A stretch of 31,247 nt of DNA from Candidatus Heimdallarchaeota archaeon (GTDB taxonomy: Archaea; Asgardarchaeota; Heimdallarchaeia; Heimdallarchaeales; Heimdallarchaeaceae). Under the pieces are notes generated by a model. It saw only the letters and a list, made by a program, of their open reading frames with translations. It did no database searches and was not told the DNA's origin. The translations under genes and the position numbers were made by a program. This document shows, piece by piece, positions 1 through 9,871 of the stretch (position 1 is the first letter of the stretch; every line of letters begins with the position of its first letter). Location of the stretch: assembly GCA_030668875.1 (NCBI GenBank), contig DAOVER010000032.1, positions 1 through 31,247 on the forward strand, written 5' to 3'.

Positions 1-150
1 AAGTTTGAACCATACAGCACGATGCGCAATGGCAGGAATGTTGGCGTAGTAAATGCGCACTCCCTTCCTTCCTTCCCCAATCATGATCCTCATGATTCTT
101 CCCCTCAACGCACGTGAGGGGACCCACTTAAACGACGGTTAGACCGCCTC
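1..150. other. GC-rich, hairpin-rich island; candidate mobile-element end or structured ncRNA (runs off the window edge)
   Basis: 78/150 G+C by hand count, far above the AT-rich flanks. Perfect stems CCCCTCA-N7-TGAGGGG (101-121) and AATCATGA-N3-TCATGATT (79-97); TGCGCA twice; GGCGGT-CTA-ACCGTC on the minus strand across the stop codon of the adjacent gene. Confidence 0.3.
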
Positions 151-2091
151 TGGCAAGTTTAACCAAGTTTCATAACGTGCGTCTTTACTTACAGCTATTT
201 CAAAGGTTACATTAAATGTTGATTCTTCACCCACAATATTTTCTAGTTGGTTAATGGGGACTCTAATGTCTACCTCTCCAGCTGCATTTGTAGTAAATGG
301 TCCCAATGATTTTGCTCCATAAGTAATATTTACTTGAGCATTTTTAATAGAAATCTCTTGCTCATCTACGCACTTAATAGTGAAAAATACATCTTCATCA
401 TAACCTTGGATAGCTCGAATTTGAGATGGATTTGTTGATATTCCTATCTCCTTCTCAATATAGAAATATAGAGTAAAATCTAGTATGGTAAAACCTGAGT
501 GTGTTACTAAAACATCCATCTCGTGTTCTCCTCCTACTTCTGCTGAAAAATTGAGGAAAATTTCTTTGGGATTATTTATCTTTTCTCCAACAAAAAATGT
601 TGTTGCAAGAGGTACATAAGTAATGTATGAAACATTCAAATTGGAGTGAGAAGATATCATTAACTTCAATTCCATACCAGTTGAACTGTTACTACTACCA
701 AAAATTGAACTTGTTTCTGCAAATTTCAGATAATACTTGAAAGTTGTTTCTTGAAAGATTCGTAGATACTGATCTCTTAACAACATAGAATCTAGAGGTA
801 GGATTTTGGTTAGCATTGTTATTACTTGAGCATTCACAATGACTGGATTTCTATACTGCTTTAACCAGTCAAGATATAAAATAGAGCCAGTTGTCGTCAT
901 ACCTGCTTCAAAGAAGGCAGGGAAAACAAATAAATTAAAAAATAATTGGTCTACAACAGGTAAAACTTCTATCAGGCTCTGAGGAGATCCTGTAAAATCA
1001 TATTTCATTCTATTGAATTCAATTATCTGTGAGAGAGCTAAACAATTATCATAGGTTCTAGCTTCATCTTTAAGGACTGGTCCGCTTAAATCATATACTG
1101 AATGAAACAATCCTGTATCAGGGCTTCTGAACATTTCTAAAGCTGCTAATTCAAATAAATCAGCAGCATTAAAATAGTAATTTGCTAATCCAGTTGCTGC
1201 AATAGATGCTTGATAAGCACTGTGTTGTAATAAAGCAGTATTCATATACAGATTTCCTTGTAAATCAGCTTGATTATCAGTATCAGAACCAGAATTATTT
1301 GTACTTCTGAATAAGTAGCCAATACTTGCATCCAACAATGTTACAGAGACATTCCCATTCAAAAGGTAGAAATCCACTGTTTTCTTAGCTTCTGCATAAT
1401 AGACAGAACTATCATTAAGCAAATTATTTGCCATAGTAAAGAGTCCTGTGGACTTTGCAGATTGTTGACTTAAACCTCCTGTAACATTCCCAGATGGTAA
1501 ATCTACATACATTGTTTCATTTATTGATCCTGTTGGAGTATGATAGAAAACATCTACAATGCCATCCATTGTTATATTTGCTAAGTCCCAAAAAACATCA
1601 GCTAAAGAATCACCAATAAGATCCAGTGCTTGAGCTAATCTACAGTAAGCTATTACTAACAATAAATTATCTTCAGCATGGAAATCATAAAACATACCAT
1701 CGAAATTTCCTGATATATAGGTAAAGTTAACTTCAAGGTTCAATGAAGCTGAGTCAAATAATGCATCAACGAGAAAGTTTGTATCATTAGTGACATAAAA
1801 CATATCGATAGAAGCAAGCATCATTTGAATTATAGATAGATCCTCTAAACGATTTGTAGGATTGTCACCAATAGGAAAAATATCTCTTATACTATTTTCA
1901 ACGTTAAAAGCATACTCTATCCCTGAACCCCAACAATAATCTGCAATTTGATCATTTCTAGGTTCTGGAAAGAATTTGGTAACACTTTCTTCCAGATAGG
2001 TAGATGTTTCTTCTATAGGAACTAACTCCACAGCAAGAACGGTTTTCTCTATTGTACCAAAGAAAGGAAAAACGAGTAACATGAATATCAT
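139..2091 (-). CDS. Secreted/membrane-anchored protein with six-hairpin glycosidase-like (alpha/alpha)6 region and C-terminal beta/Ig-like region
   Basis: 650-aa ORF with N-terminal hydrophobic segment. Repeated helical units with xEDNxxxxxA and RTYDNCLA motifs resemble AGE/GH76/YyaL-type barrels; beta-rich C-terminus. The frame stays open upstream to 2217, so the true start may be earlier. Confidence 0.55.
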   Translation of the reverse strand: MIFMLLVFPFFGTIEKTVLAVELVPIEETSTYLEESVTKFFPEPRNDQIADYCWGSGIEYAFNVENSIRDIFPIGDNPTNRLEDLSIIQMMLASIDMFYVTNDTNFLVDALFDSASLNLEVNFTYISGNFDGMFYDFHAEDNLLLVIAYCRLAQALDLIGDSLADVFWDLANITMDGIVDVFYHTPTGSINETMYVDLPSGNVTGGLSQQSAKSTGLFTMANNLLNDSSVYYAEAKKTVDFYLLNGNVSVTLLDASIGYLFRSTNNSGSDTDNQADLQGNLYMNTALLQHSAYQASIAATGLANYYFNAADLFELAALEMFRSPDTGLFHSVYDLSGPVLKDEARTYDNCLALSQIIEFNRMKYDFTGSPQSLIEVLPVVDQLFFNLFVFPAFFEAGMTTTGSILYLDWLKQYRNPVIVNAQVITMLTKILPLDSMLLRDQYLRIFQETTFKYYLKFAETSSIFGSSNSSTGMELKLMISSHSNLNVSYITYVPLATTFFVGEKINNPKEIFLNFSAEVGGEHEMDVLVTHSGFTILDFTLYFYIEKEIGISTNPSQIRAIQGYDEDVFFTIKCVDEQEISIKNAQVNITYGAKSLGPFTTNAAGEVDIRVPINQLENIVGEESTFNVTFEIAVSKDARYETWLNLPEAV

Positions 2092-2182
2092 TAAGTAAAC
2101 TACAAGTTTTTTCTTAGAATAAATAAAAAGAAATTGATTACTTTTAAAAAAAGGGACTGTATTATTAGAAAAATATCTGGAA

Positions 2183-3916
2183 CTATTTGTTGTTTTCTTT
2201 AATGAGTAAATATTCCCTTACTATTTTCTCTAAATTCTCTTTCGTTATCCTAGTATCTTTACTAATTTTTCCATCTAGCATCTCTATATGACGGAATCCT
2301 GGTCTCAGTAATGTTAAATCGTGAGAACATGTTACAACGGTTGCTTTGTTGATTCTAACAATATCCATCAGAAGATCTATAATATGTCTTGCTAGTTCAG
2401 TATCAAGGTTTGCTGTGGGTTCATCAGTTAGGATGATTTTTGTCTTTCTTGATAGAGCTGATGCTAAGGCCGCTCTTTGTTTTTCACCTTCTGAGAGTTC
2501 ATAGGGATAGGCATCTAAACGATGGACAATATGACACTCTTTAGCAATTGAATCACTGTATTCCACATCGAATTCTTGATCTGAAAAAATACTGGGTATA
2601 AGGAAGTTCTCATGAACCATTATAGGATCAAAGAGGTTATTATGTTGAGAAACATAAGCAATGTTTGCAAGTCTAAAAGAGGAAATTTCTCTTTCTTTCT
2701 CTTCACTAATAGGATAGTTCATAACATTCACAAAACCGTCATTTGGTTTGAGTAAACCAGCTATCATGTTAAGAAGAGTGGTTTTACCAACACCACTAGG
2801 TCCAGATATGAAAACAAAGTCACCTTCATGAATATCTAAACTCATATTCTTGATAACTTCGTTATAACCTGCTTGAGAATGATAACCTTTTGTCACATTT
2901 TTGATTTTAATCAGTTTTTTCTTCTTAGCAGGAGGTATAAATGCTCTACTTAAGAGATGCTCAACATCTTTGAAAGTTATCTGTTCAAGCTTTTCTTCAC
3001 TTTCTTTAGCAGGTTTAGAAATTATCTCGTAAATCTTATCTCTACTTATTGCTTCAGGGTTCCAGAAAAGACCAAGTTTCCTAGAGGGGTGAGTGTCAAA
3101 TTCCACAATATCCTTGATAGCAGCTGTAGCCTTAACTTCATCAGGAACCCGAACAAAATTAGATGCATCCATATAGGAACGATTAATGTCAGAAGAATGC
3201 ATAAGAAATTCAAGTTCATCTCTTTCCATATCTCTACTTATACCCGCAAGTCTCCCATCTCTGATAATGAAGCTTTTCTCGAAAATGGTTCTGAACCTTA
3301 TATCATGAGTAACAACTACAATGGTCTTGCCTAAAGTTAGGTTAACCTGTCTCATCGCATCGATGAGATCTTGAGTGTTTTTTGTATCTAATTGACCAGT
3401 CGGTTCATCGGCTAGTAAAATCAAAGGATCCTTTGCAAGCGCGACGCCCATAGATAAGCGCATGGCTTCACCACCGGATAGTTTTCCCACTTTGTTATTG
3501 TATACGTGTCTAAGATTCAGCAATTTAGCGATTTCTTCAACATCCTTCCTTGCTTGCTCTTTGGGTAAATAGAACATCTTCTTAGGAATCATCAGGTTTT
3601 GTTTTACCGATAAATGTGAGAAGAGATTGTCACTGATAAATTGATTAATCAATCCAAGGTTATGAAAACGAAACTCCCTTCTTTCAAATTCCAGGAGGTG
3701 ATCATACCTTTGACCTTTCACACTTATTTGACCACTTGTTGGAAGTTCAATACCGGCAAGAATTTTTATTAGTGTGGTCTTACCTGCACCGCTAGGGCCG
3801 ATTACGGAGACAAGTTCTCCTTCTTTTATATTTAAATCCAATCCTCTTAGAGCAGCTACTTTGTAATTAGTTATTGGATCATGGTAGACCTTTATTACAT
3901 CAATACAGTTTATCAT
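2183..3916 (-). CDS. ABC ATPase with two tandem LolD/MacB-type nucleotide-binding domains
   Basis: NBD1: GPSGAGKT, LSGGE, ADEPT, VTHD. NBD2: GPSGVGKT, LSEGE, TDEPT, CSHD. Start moved to ATG 3916 (MINCIDVIK), which follows GGAGTG and lies just after the permease stop at 3922. Confidence 0.9.
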   Translation of the reverse strand: MINCIDVIKVYHDPITNYKVAALRGLDLNIKEGELVSVIGPSGAGKTTLIKILAGIELPTSGQISVKGQRYDHLLEFERREFRFHNLGLINQFISDNLFSHLSVKQNLMIPKKMFYLPKEQARKDVEEIAKLLNLRHVYNNKVGKLSGGEAMRLSMGVALAKDPLILLADEPTGQLDTKNTQDLIDAMRQVNLTLGKTIVVVTHDIRFRTIFEKSFIIRDGRLAGISRDMERDELEFLMHSSDINRSYMDASNFVRVPDEVKATAAIKDIVEFDTHPSRKLGLFWNPEAISRDKIYEIISKPAKESEEKLEQITFKDVEHLLSRAFIPPAKKKKLIKIKNVTKGYHSQAGYNEVIKNMSLDIHEGDFVFISGPSGVGKTTLLNMIAGLLKPNDGFVNVMNYPISEEKEREISSFRLANIAYVSQHNNLFDPIMVHENFLIPSIFSDQEFDVEYSDSIAKECHIVHRLDAYPYELSEGEKQRAALASALSRKTKIILTDEPTANLDTELARHIIDLLMDIVRINKATVVTCSHDLTLLRPGFRHIEMLDGKISKDTRITKENLEKIVREYLLIKENNK

Positions 3917-3921
3917 TTTTA

Positions 3922-6900
3922 TCACTCCAGATTCCTTGGTTGGTACTTTGCAAAATTCCTTTTCATTGATAAATAGTATATACCGAAAAACACCAGAGGT
4001 ATACCGAAAAACAAACATATCACTAGCACATACGGGAATGGCATAGCATAAGGTAATATATCATAAGCTAGTTCAATTAAGATAGAATTGAAAGCCCTCT
4101 CTATTCCATATCCTGCTAACGCACCTAGTAGCAACCCTGGCACTATTGCAGCTATAAACAACTCTATTGCTGACACAATAATAATTTGCCTCGTTGAAAT
4201 CCCTATTTTCTTCAAAGAGTCGTGTTTCACTTTTCTCCTCTGAAGAATTTTTAATGGATTACTTAGGCTTGTAAAAACAACTGCTGCGAGACATATAATT
4301 ATACCAAACACAAATTCCGCTACTATCATAGAATAGAAGGGGAAATACTGAAGTAGAGTTGCATCTGCATTTTCTTCTGAACTATGAACATTGAATCCAT
4401 AATCATCTTCAATCTCCTTAGATAGTTCGATATGATCTGTTAATGGTTTAAGTTTTACAATAAGTCTATCTAGTGAAATACCTAAGATATTGAATCTATC
4501 GAAAATTCTCAGAAAATTAGCCTTTGACATTACTATATCATATGAATATGAATACGCTCCTTCTAAATCACCTACATCATATATTATTGGGAAGTAATCA
4601 AATACTCCAGAAATACTAAATTCTACATCAGTTTCATCCTCTTTCAAGAAAGTATATGAATCTTCTTCAGCTGCATAGAATATTGAGAAAGGTGTTGAAA
4701 CCAACATCGTATTATTTTCTTGGAGGCTTTTGATATCTTGATCCCAATTTTCATAGAGATTACTTGAAGGCTTATAGGACGTTGCCAAATAATTTAGAGG
4801 ATCCTCGATAAGTAATATATTTAAATTTGCATTACCATGACTCACAGCTAATTGTGTGATATTTGCAAGTTTTGCAATTTCTGCATATTCTGCCTGAAAC
4901 TCTTCTAGAGAAACATTAGCCATACTCCATTCATTGACATACAGATCTCCTCCTCCATAGAAATAGGCTTGATTAGTAACTTGGTTTTGTATTTTGATAG
5001 GTGTTATTATGAAGGGTAACAAAAGCCCAACCAAAATAGTATATGTAAGGAAGGTATTATTGAACAAATTGATATCTGCTCGAACCTCAACTAATGAGAA
5101 TGAAGTTATTGATTTTCTTGCTGACCAAGAAAGTTTACTAATTACAAACATCAAAAGCTTATGCACACCTTTTAGCAGAAGTCCAACTCCTAACAGAGTT
5201 ATCATAAGCCCTATCCCCATCGAATAATAGAATATCAAGACGAATTGTTCAAAACCAGGCATAAATAGAAAAATCCCACCAAAGACGATCATAAAGAAAT
5301 AGCCAATGAAAAAGATACCTACACCCCAAGATATCAAGATAAAGGGTAAGAGGTATGGTAACAGTTGTTTAAGCAACTGAACCCACCTTTTTGGTGGTTT
5401 AACTTTTTTCTTATCTTTTCTTGCTAGAATTATTATTCTAGGGATGGATAGAAGTATTAGTATCACAAATGTTAGACTAATGAAAGCTGGTAAGCTAGTG
5501 AGAACTAAAGAATATATTTGATCATTAAACGTCAGGAATTTGTTTACTTTTAATAAAATCGGTAAAAGAATCATCGTTAATCCAAACCCTAACGCTATAG
5601 AAACCAAGGATTCAAAGAGTTTCATCATAGAATAGGAAAATGTAATCGTCCCCGTTGAGACTCCTTTCGATCTCAGAATTTTTATTTCTTGTTCAAAACT
5701 ACTTCCAAATAATTCGTTAACCTCGAAAACAAGGAACAAGGCTAGATATAGTATAGGAATGGACAGAAATATGAATAGAAGATAAGATACAGATAGGATA
5801 ATATCAATACCTGTAAATTCGATAATCAGCTCATACCCTATTGACCAATAACCTGATGAAGAAGATGATAATGGGTAAGGTCCTTCTTCCCTTAACAAAT
5901 AAACTTCTTCAATAAGATTTGTTATTTCTTGAGCATCTGAATCATCAAAATCATATTCAAACTGCATTTCTCCATATATTTGCAAGTGATATTTCGTTAC
6001 ATTTTCAAAATTTCTAAGAAAATACTCCATAGGAACCACAAGAGAATGATCATATGCTAAAGATTTGATGGGATCAGATGGTAAACTTAGTAATGCACAA
6101 GCATTTTCAATTTGATTGTGTGATGGTTGTTGAAATAGTCCCACAATCTCTATTTCAATTGTGTCAATATCAATGTCACCAGGAGAGCTAGTGGCATTTA
6201 TTGTAAGGACATCATTCAGCTCAATATTATAAGCTAATGCCGCACTCGAAGGTAGTATTGCTTCATTTTCTGAAGCAGGTAATCTTCCACTTGTAAGAAA
6301 ACTTCCAAAAACCGCAGAGTAATTTGACATGTATCCCCTGTATGTCAGATGAGTCATTTCTTCATACGGTGACAATTGAAACCCTACGACTCCTGTATGT
6401 ATATCATAATAGTAATTGTCGATCAATTTAGGTAGAATTTGCGATTTTGATTGTATTCCATACATAATTTCATCTAAGGTTTGTTCTGTAATATTTGGAT
6501 TTATTAGGCTTGTTCCTGATTCTGAGAGTGACATCAGATCTAAATTGAATCGGGCAGATGCACTATTATTATTACCAAAATCTGCATTTCTGGCAAATTC
6601 AACAATTAGATTATTTGCCTTTGAATCATAGAGAGTTGCACTTGTAAAAATGATTGATGCTAGTATTGTAAGACCTAGTAGACTGATAATCAGTCTCTTC
6701 TTATTAGCTTTCCATAAAGAAAATATTACACTGAAGATGTTGGTGAGAAAGAGCCAGAAATTGATAAAAACTAATTTAAATGTCGATACATCAGGTTTTA
6801 TCGGTCTTGTTAGGAACTTTTTAAGCTTAACAAATCCTCTGTTAATTCTTTTCATGAATATAAGGTAAATAGTACCAATAATCACTACTGGAATTACGAC

Positions 6901-8232
6901 AGTATACCAATATTTCATCCAGAAATATACAAAATCAGAATAACTTACAAGATCAAATAAAAAAGCCTTAGTTGGAAGCTCAACATTTGAATTTGTTTGA
7001 ACATTTATTGCCATTACAGTGCGTGATTTGAAATTGTAATCATCAAGTGTTTTTGATTCTATTAAAGTGGGGTAACTCGCTACATACGTTCTATTTTCAA
7101 AAAGAGTTATTGAAACCCTCTCAACATAATCTTCATCTCCGTAAAAAGAGTAGAAGTGTACATTTTCAATCAAAAATGAGAATAGTGAAATTGTTTGATT
7201 GTCATCTTCAATAATTGAAATTTTAGCTGATCGAAAATTTGGATTATATCTAGACATATCTAATATTTCAATAAAAGATGATGTAACAAACAAGAAAAAG
7301 GATGTGTTCTGATATGAAATCATCCTATATTTTTCATAATGATATACACCTAAATTGATAGTCTGGAAAGATTCCATGTTTATTGTATCATTTACAGAGA
7401 ACGAAACACTGTAAAACAGTTGAAATTCGAGTATAGTTAGATGGAATTTACCATCTTCACCAACGAATAACTGCGCTCTATCAAAACCACTTTCTATAAT
7501 AAGTATAGTAGAGTTGTAGTAAGAATAACTGCCTGTTACTCCAACGATAATAAGAGTTCTCAAAGAAGAATAACTGCTTTCATTATAGCTATAAATATCA
7601 AAAAATGCGAATAATTCACCATCAAGCATATGGAGAGATACTAATTCATTTGAGGGCATAGGTAAAATGAATAATTTCTCTGAAAGTGTACCATTCAAAT
7701 AAGCTGTAACTTGCGTAATTAACGTTCCTGAGGCGTGTTGTTCTTTGAAGAGAAGGTTGAAATAATTGTTACCTGCTATTATATTGATACTGTAAAAACC
7801 ACTTGAACTAGTGTATATTTGCTGATAATTACTTCCTGTCTCACTCCAACTAAACATCATTATAATGGATTCATAGTAACTTCCAGCGTGAGAGAAGAGA
7901 AGAACAACTTGCTCATCCATCATATAAGCTTTGAATATGTTATCATATGAAAAAGAGCTTCTGTAAATTTCAACCATTTGATTGTTGAATATGTGCAAAA
8001 TCACAAATGTGTTGTTCTCAAAGTTCTTCTTCACAAACACATGTAATTTTCCCTCACTGTCTACAACATTAGAAGAAGAAAATCTTGTAACATAATCATT
8101 TCCTGTGTCAGAAAGAAATATCGTAATATTTTGATCTGTAGCATTCACAGAAGTAGCTATAAATGTAGACAAAAACAATAAACAGAATAAAACAGGTAAT
8201 AACTTCCTCTTGCTGAAACCATCCATAAACAT
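3922..8232 (-). CDS. Giant FtsX/MacB-like ABC permease with an N-terminal extracellular domain
   Basis: 1436 aa. Signal peptide, about 430-aa ectodomain, TM helix, then two FtsX-like halves (EIKILRSKGVS; SLKKIGISTRQI...ELF...GLLLG). Directly upstream of a LolD/MacB-type ATPase. Confidence 0.82.
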   Translation of the reverse strand: MFMDGFSKRKLLPVLFCLLFLSTFIATSVNATDQNITIFLSDTGNDYVTRFSSSNVVDSEGKLHVFVKKNFENNTFVILHIFNNQMVEIYRSSFSYDNIFKAYMMDEQVVLLFSHAGSYYESIIMMFSWSETGSNYQQIYTSSSGFYSINIIAGNNYFNLLFKEQHASGTLITQVTAYLNGTLSEKLFILPMPSNELVSLHMLDGELFAFFDIYSYNESSYSSLRTLIIVGVTGSYSYYNSTILIIESGFDRAQLFVGEDGKFHLTILEFQLFYSVSFSVNDTINMESFQTINLGVYHYEKYRMISYQNTSFFLFVTSSFIEILDMSRYNPNFRSAKISIIEDDNQTISLFSFLIENVHFYSFYGDEDYVERVSITLFENRTYVASYPTLIESKTLDDYNFKSRTVMAINVQTNSNVELPTKAFLFDLVSYSDFVYFWMKYWYTVVIPVVIIGTIYLIFMKRINRGFVKLKKFLTRPIKPDVSTFKLVFINFWLFLTNIFSVIFSLWKANKKRLIISLLGLTILASIIFTSATLYDSKANNLIVEFARNADFGNNNSASARFNLDLMSLSESGTSLINPNITEQTLDEIMYGIQSKSQILPKLIDNYYYDIHTGVVGFQLSPYEEMTHLTYRGYMSNYSAVFGSFLTSGRLPASENEAILPSSAALAYNIELNDVLTINATSSPGDIDIDTIEIEIVGLFQQPSHNQIENACALLSLPSDPIKSLAYDHSLVVPMEYFLRNFENVTKYHLQIYGEMQFEYDFDDSDAQEITNLIEEVYLLREEGPYPLSSSSSGYWSIGYELIIEFTGIDIILSVSYLLFIFLSIPILYLALFLVFEVNELFGSSFEQEIKILRSKGVSTGTITFSYSMMKLFESLVSIALGFGLTMILLPILLKVNKFLTFNDQIYSLVLTSLPAFISLTFVILILLSIPRIIILARKDKKKVKPPKRWVQLLKQLLPYLLPFILISWGVGIFFIGYFFMIVFGGIFLFMPGFEQFVLIFYYSMGIGLMITLLGVGLLLKGVHKLLMFVISKLSWSARKSITSFSLVEVRADINLFNNTFLTYTILVGLLLPFIITPIKIQNQVTNQAYFYGGGDLYVNEWSMANVSLEEFQAEYAEIAKLANITQLAVSHGNANLNILLIEDPLNYLATSYKPSSNLYENWDQDIKSLQENNTMLVSTPFSIFYAAEEDSYTFLKEDETDVEFSISGVFDYFPIIYDVGDLEGAYSYSYDIVMSKANFLRIFDRFNILGISLDRLIVKLKPLTDHIELSKEIEDDYGFNVHSSEENADATLLQYFPFYSMIVAEFVFGIIICLAAVVFTSLSNPLKILQRRKVKHDSLKKIGISTRQIIIVSAIELFIAAIVPGLLLGALAGYGIERAFNSILIELAYDILPYAMPFPYVLVICLFFGIPLVFFGIYYLSMKRNFAKYQPRNLE

Positions 8233-8298
8233 CCAACTACAAAGATAATTATAAACCTAGCTTATCAAAGATTTTATGTTTGAACTGTGGGGAAGATT

Positions 8299-8676
8299 TT
8301 ACTCTTTCAAAAATAATTGCCAGAACTTATTAAATAGCCATGAAAGTGGTAGTACGAAAAATCCCACTGTTATCACAAAAATTATCGTTTGAATTACAGA
8401 ATCCGACAATACATCCATACTTACCACAAAACCGTTTGTAAAAGATCCCAAATAAATCCACGGGTTAGTATGAAAATAATGAAAGTATACATTTATTCTT
8501 ACAAAATATCCACCAATAAATGTCCCTGTTGCAAAAATAAGTGATATTATAAAGAATGGAAGGTTATCAAACCATTTTTTATGTTGATTATCTAAAGCAG
8601 CACTGATATTTCTCGTCTCTTCTTTTAATTCTTCTTTTTTTATTGCTTCAGCAGGGGTAATGGTGTCTGGATTCAT
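8299..8676 (-). CDS. Small hypothetical membrane protein (2 TM)
   Basis: Two hydrophobic segments. ATG at 8676 (MNPDTITPAE) is preferred over the track start at 8775. Confidence 0.6.
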   Translation of the reverse strand: MNPDTITPAEAIKKEELKEETRNISAALDNQHKKWFDNLPFFIISLIFATGTFIGGYFVRINVYFHYFHTNPWIYLGSFTNGFVVSMDVLSDSVIQTIIFVITVGFFVLPLSWLFNKFWQLFLKE

Positions 8677-8804
8677 CGTCACTAGGATTTGTCCACTTAA
8701 AACGATAATAAACTTATCGAAGAAACCAGAATGGAAATTACAGATAACAGTTTTTTTAGAAAAAGTTAAGTACAATATATATTATTTTCTGTAGGTTGGA
8801 TATA

Positions 8805-9842
8805 ATGGAAATAGATTATGGAGTATCAGGGGTTCTAAACTATATTCAATTAGAGAAATTTTGTAAAAGATTCAACCTTCTTCCAAACCAGATTAAAGCT
8901 AATTTTGATGGTTGGAGAAAATTAGTACTTTATACTGATAAGTTAATTTTTCTATTTCCTAGAGATCCAAGAGGAATTGAATGGTTAGAAAAAGAAGCAT
9001 TAGCATATGAAATAATGGATATCTCTGGTAATTTACCAGTTCCCAAGCTAATCGAGAGAGTTTCTGACAAAGAAATATCTTATTATGATTTTGTTGTTGT
9101 AACAAAAATTAAAGGAACTGCTTATGCCAGGTTTGAGGATGAAGTTGATAAACAAGATGTTCATAGAATGCTTATTAACTTAACACAAATTATTCCTTTA
9201 TGGCATGAAACGGTACTTGAAGAAGATCAAATCAAAATATTAAAAGTTCCTTCAAAGAAAATTGAGATAATTAGCCTTGGCAATTGGGAACAAGCTACTC
9301 TAAATCCAGATCAAGTTGAAAACTCCTTGCTTTATTTACAAGGAGTATTAGAATACTGGGGAAATAAATTTAATTTTCATTCAACAGATTTACTGATATC
9401 CAAAGCTATACATTTGAAATGGTCTAACTGCCTTTCTGAAATTGCATCTTTGAAACATGTACTTATTCATGGAGATATTCATGAAGATCAAATTCTTTTA
9501 GAATCAAAAAAGTCAATGACAATTACAGGGATTATTGACTGGGAAACTGTTAAATTTGCTAATCCAATCTGGGATTTTGATTTTGGAGAATGGGGACTTA
9601 AAATCTGGGAATGGAGAGAGTTCTTTTCCGAATTTAGAAGAGAGATATGGAAGATCTATTCAGATAAAAGAAAAATTGATTTAAAATCATTCGAGGGACT
9701 AGACTTATTCTATTCCATGAGAGAGCTGCTCTGGGTTCTAAAGACACCAGAAAAAGAATACTTCCCTATTACCGGATTAGATTACGAAGGTTCTATACAA
9801 TATTATTTAGAAAAACTAGTTAATATTTCAGAAAAAATTTAG
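8805..9842 (+). CDS. Aminoglycoside/choline phosphotransferase-like (APH family) small-molecule kinase
   Basis: LIHGDIHEDQILL catalytic loop and ITGIIDWE...NPIWDF motifs; first ATG at 8805. Confidence 0.8.
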   Translation: MEIDYGVSGVLNYIQLEKFCKRFNLLPNQIKANFDGWRKLVLYTDKLIFLFPRDPRGIEWLEKEALAYEIMDISGNLPVPKLIERVSDKEISYYDFVVVTKIKGTAYARFEDEVDKQDVHRMLINLTQIIPLWHETVLEEDQIKILKVPSKKIEIISLGNWEQATLNPDQVENSLLYLQGVLEYWGNKFNFHSTDLLISKAIHLKWSNCLSEIASLKHVLIHGDIHEDQILLESKKSMTITGIIDWETVKFANPIWDFDFGEWGLKIWEWREFFSEFRREIWKIYSDKRKIDLKSFEGLDLFYSMRELLWVLKTPEKEYFPITGLDYEGSIQYYLEKLVNISEKI

Positions 9843-9846
9843 AGAA

Positions 9847-9869
9847 AAGGAGAGTAATAAACTCTCCTT
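9847..9869. terminator. Hairpin between convergent genes; candidate bidirectional terminator
   Basis: Perfect 9-bp stem AAGGAGAGT-AATAA-ACTCTCCTT in the 29-nt gap between two stop codons, followed by T-rich sequence on the plus strand. Confidence 0.5.
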
Positions 9870-9871
9870 AT

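Noticed and set aside
1-190. Group II intron, SRP RNA or RNase P RNA as the identity of the GC island
   Set aside because: GTGCG and GGAAGGGAG-like words occur, but I could not find a domain-V AGC/CGC helix, the SRP helix-8 context or RNase P P4 strands.
3979-4013. 14-bp direct repeat TATACCGAAAAACA at 21-nt spacing
   Set aside because: Inside the permease CDS, encoding FFGI twice in a TM helix; only two copies, so not an array or evident regulatory site.
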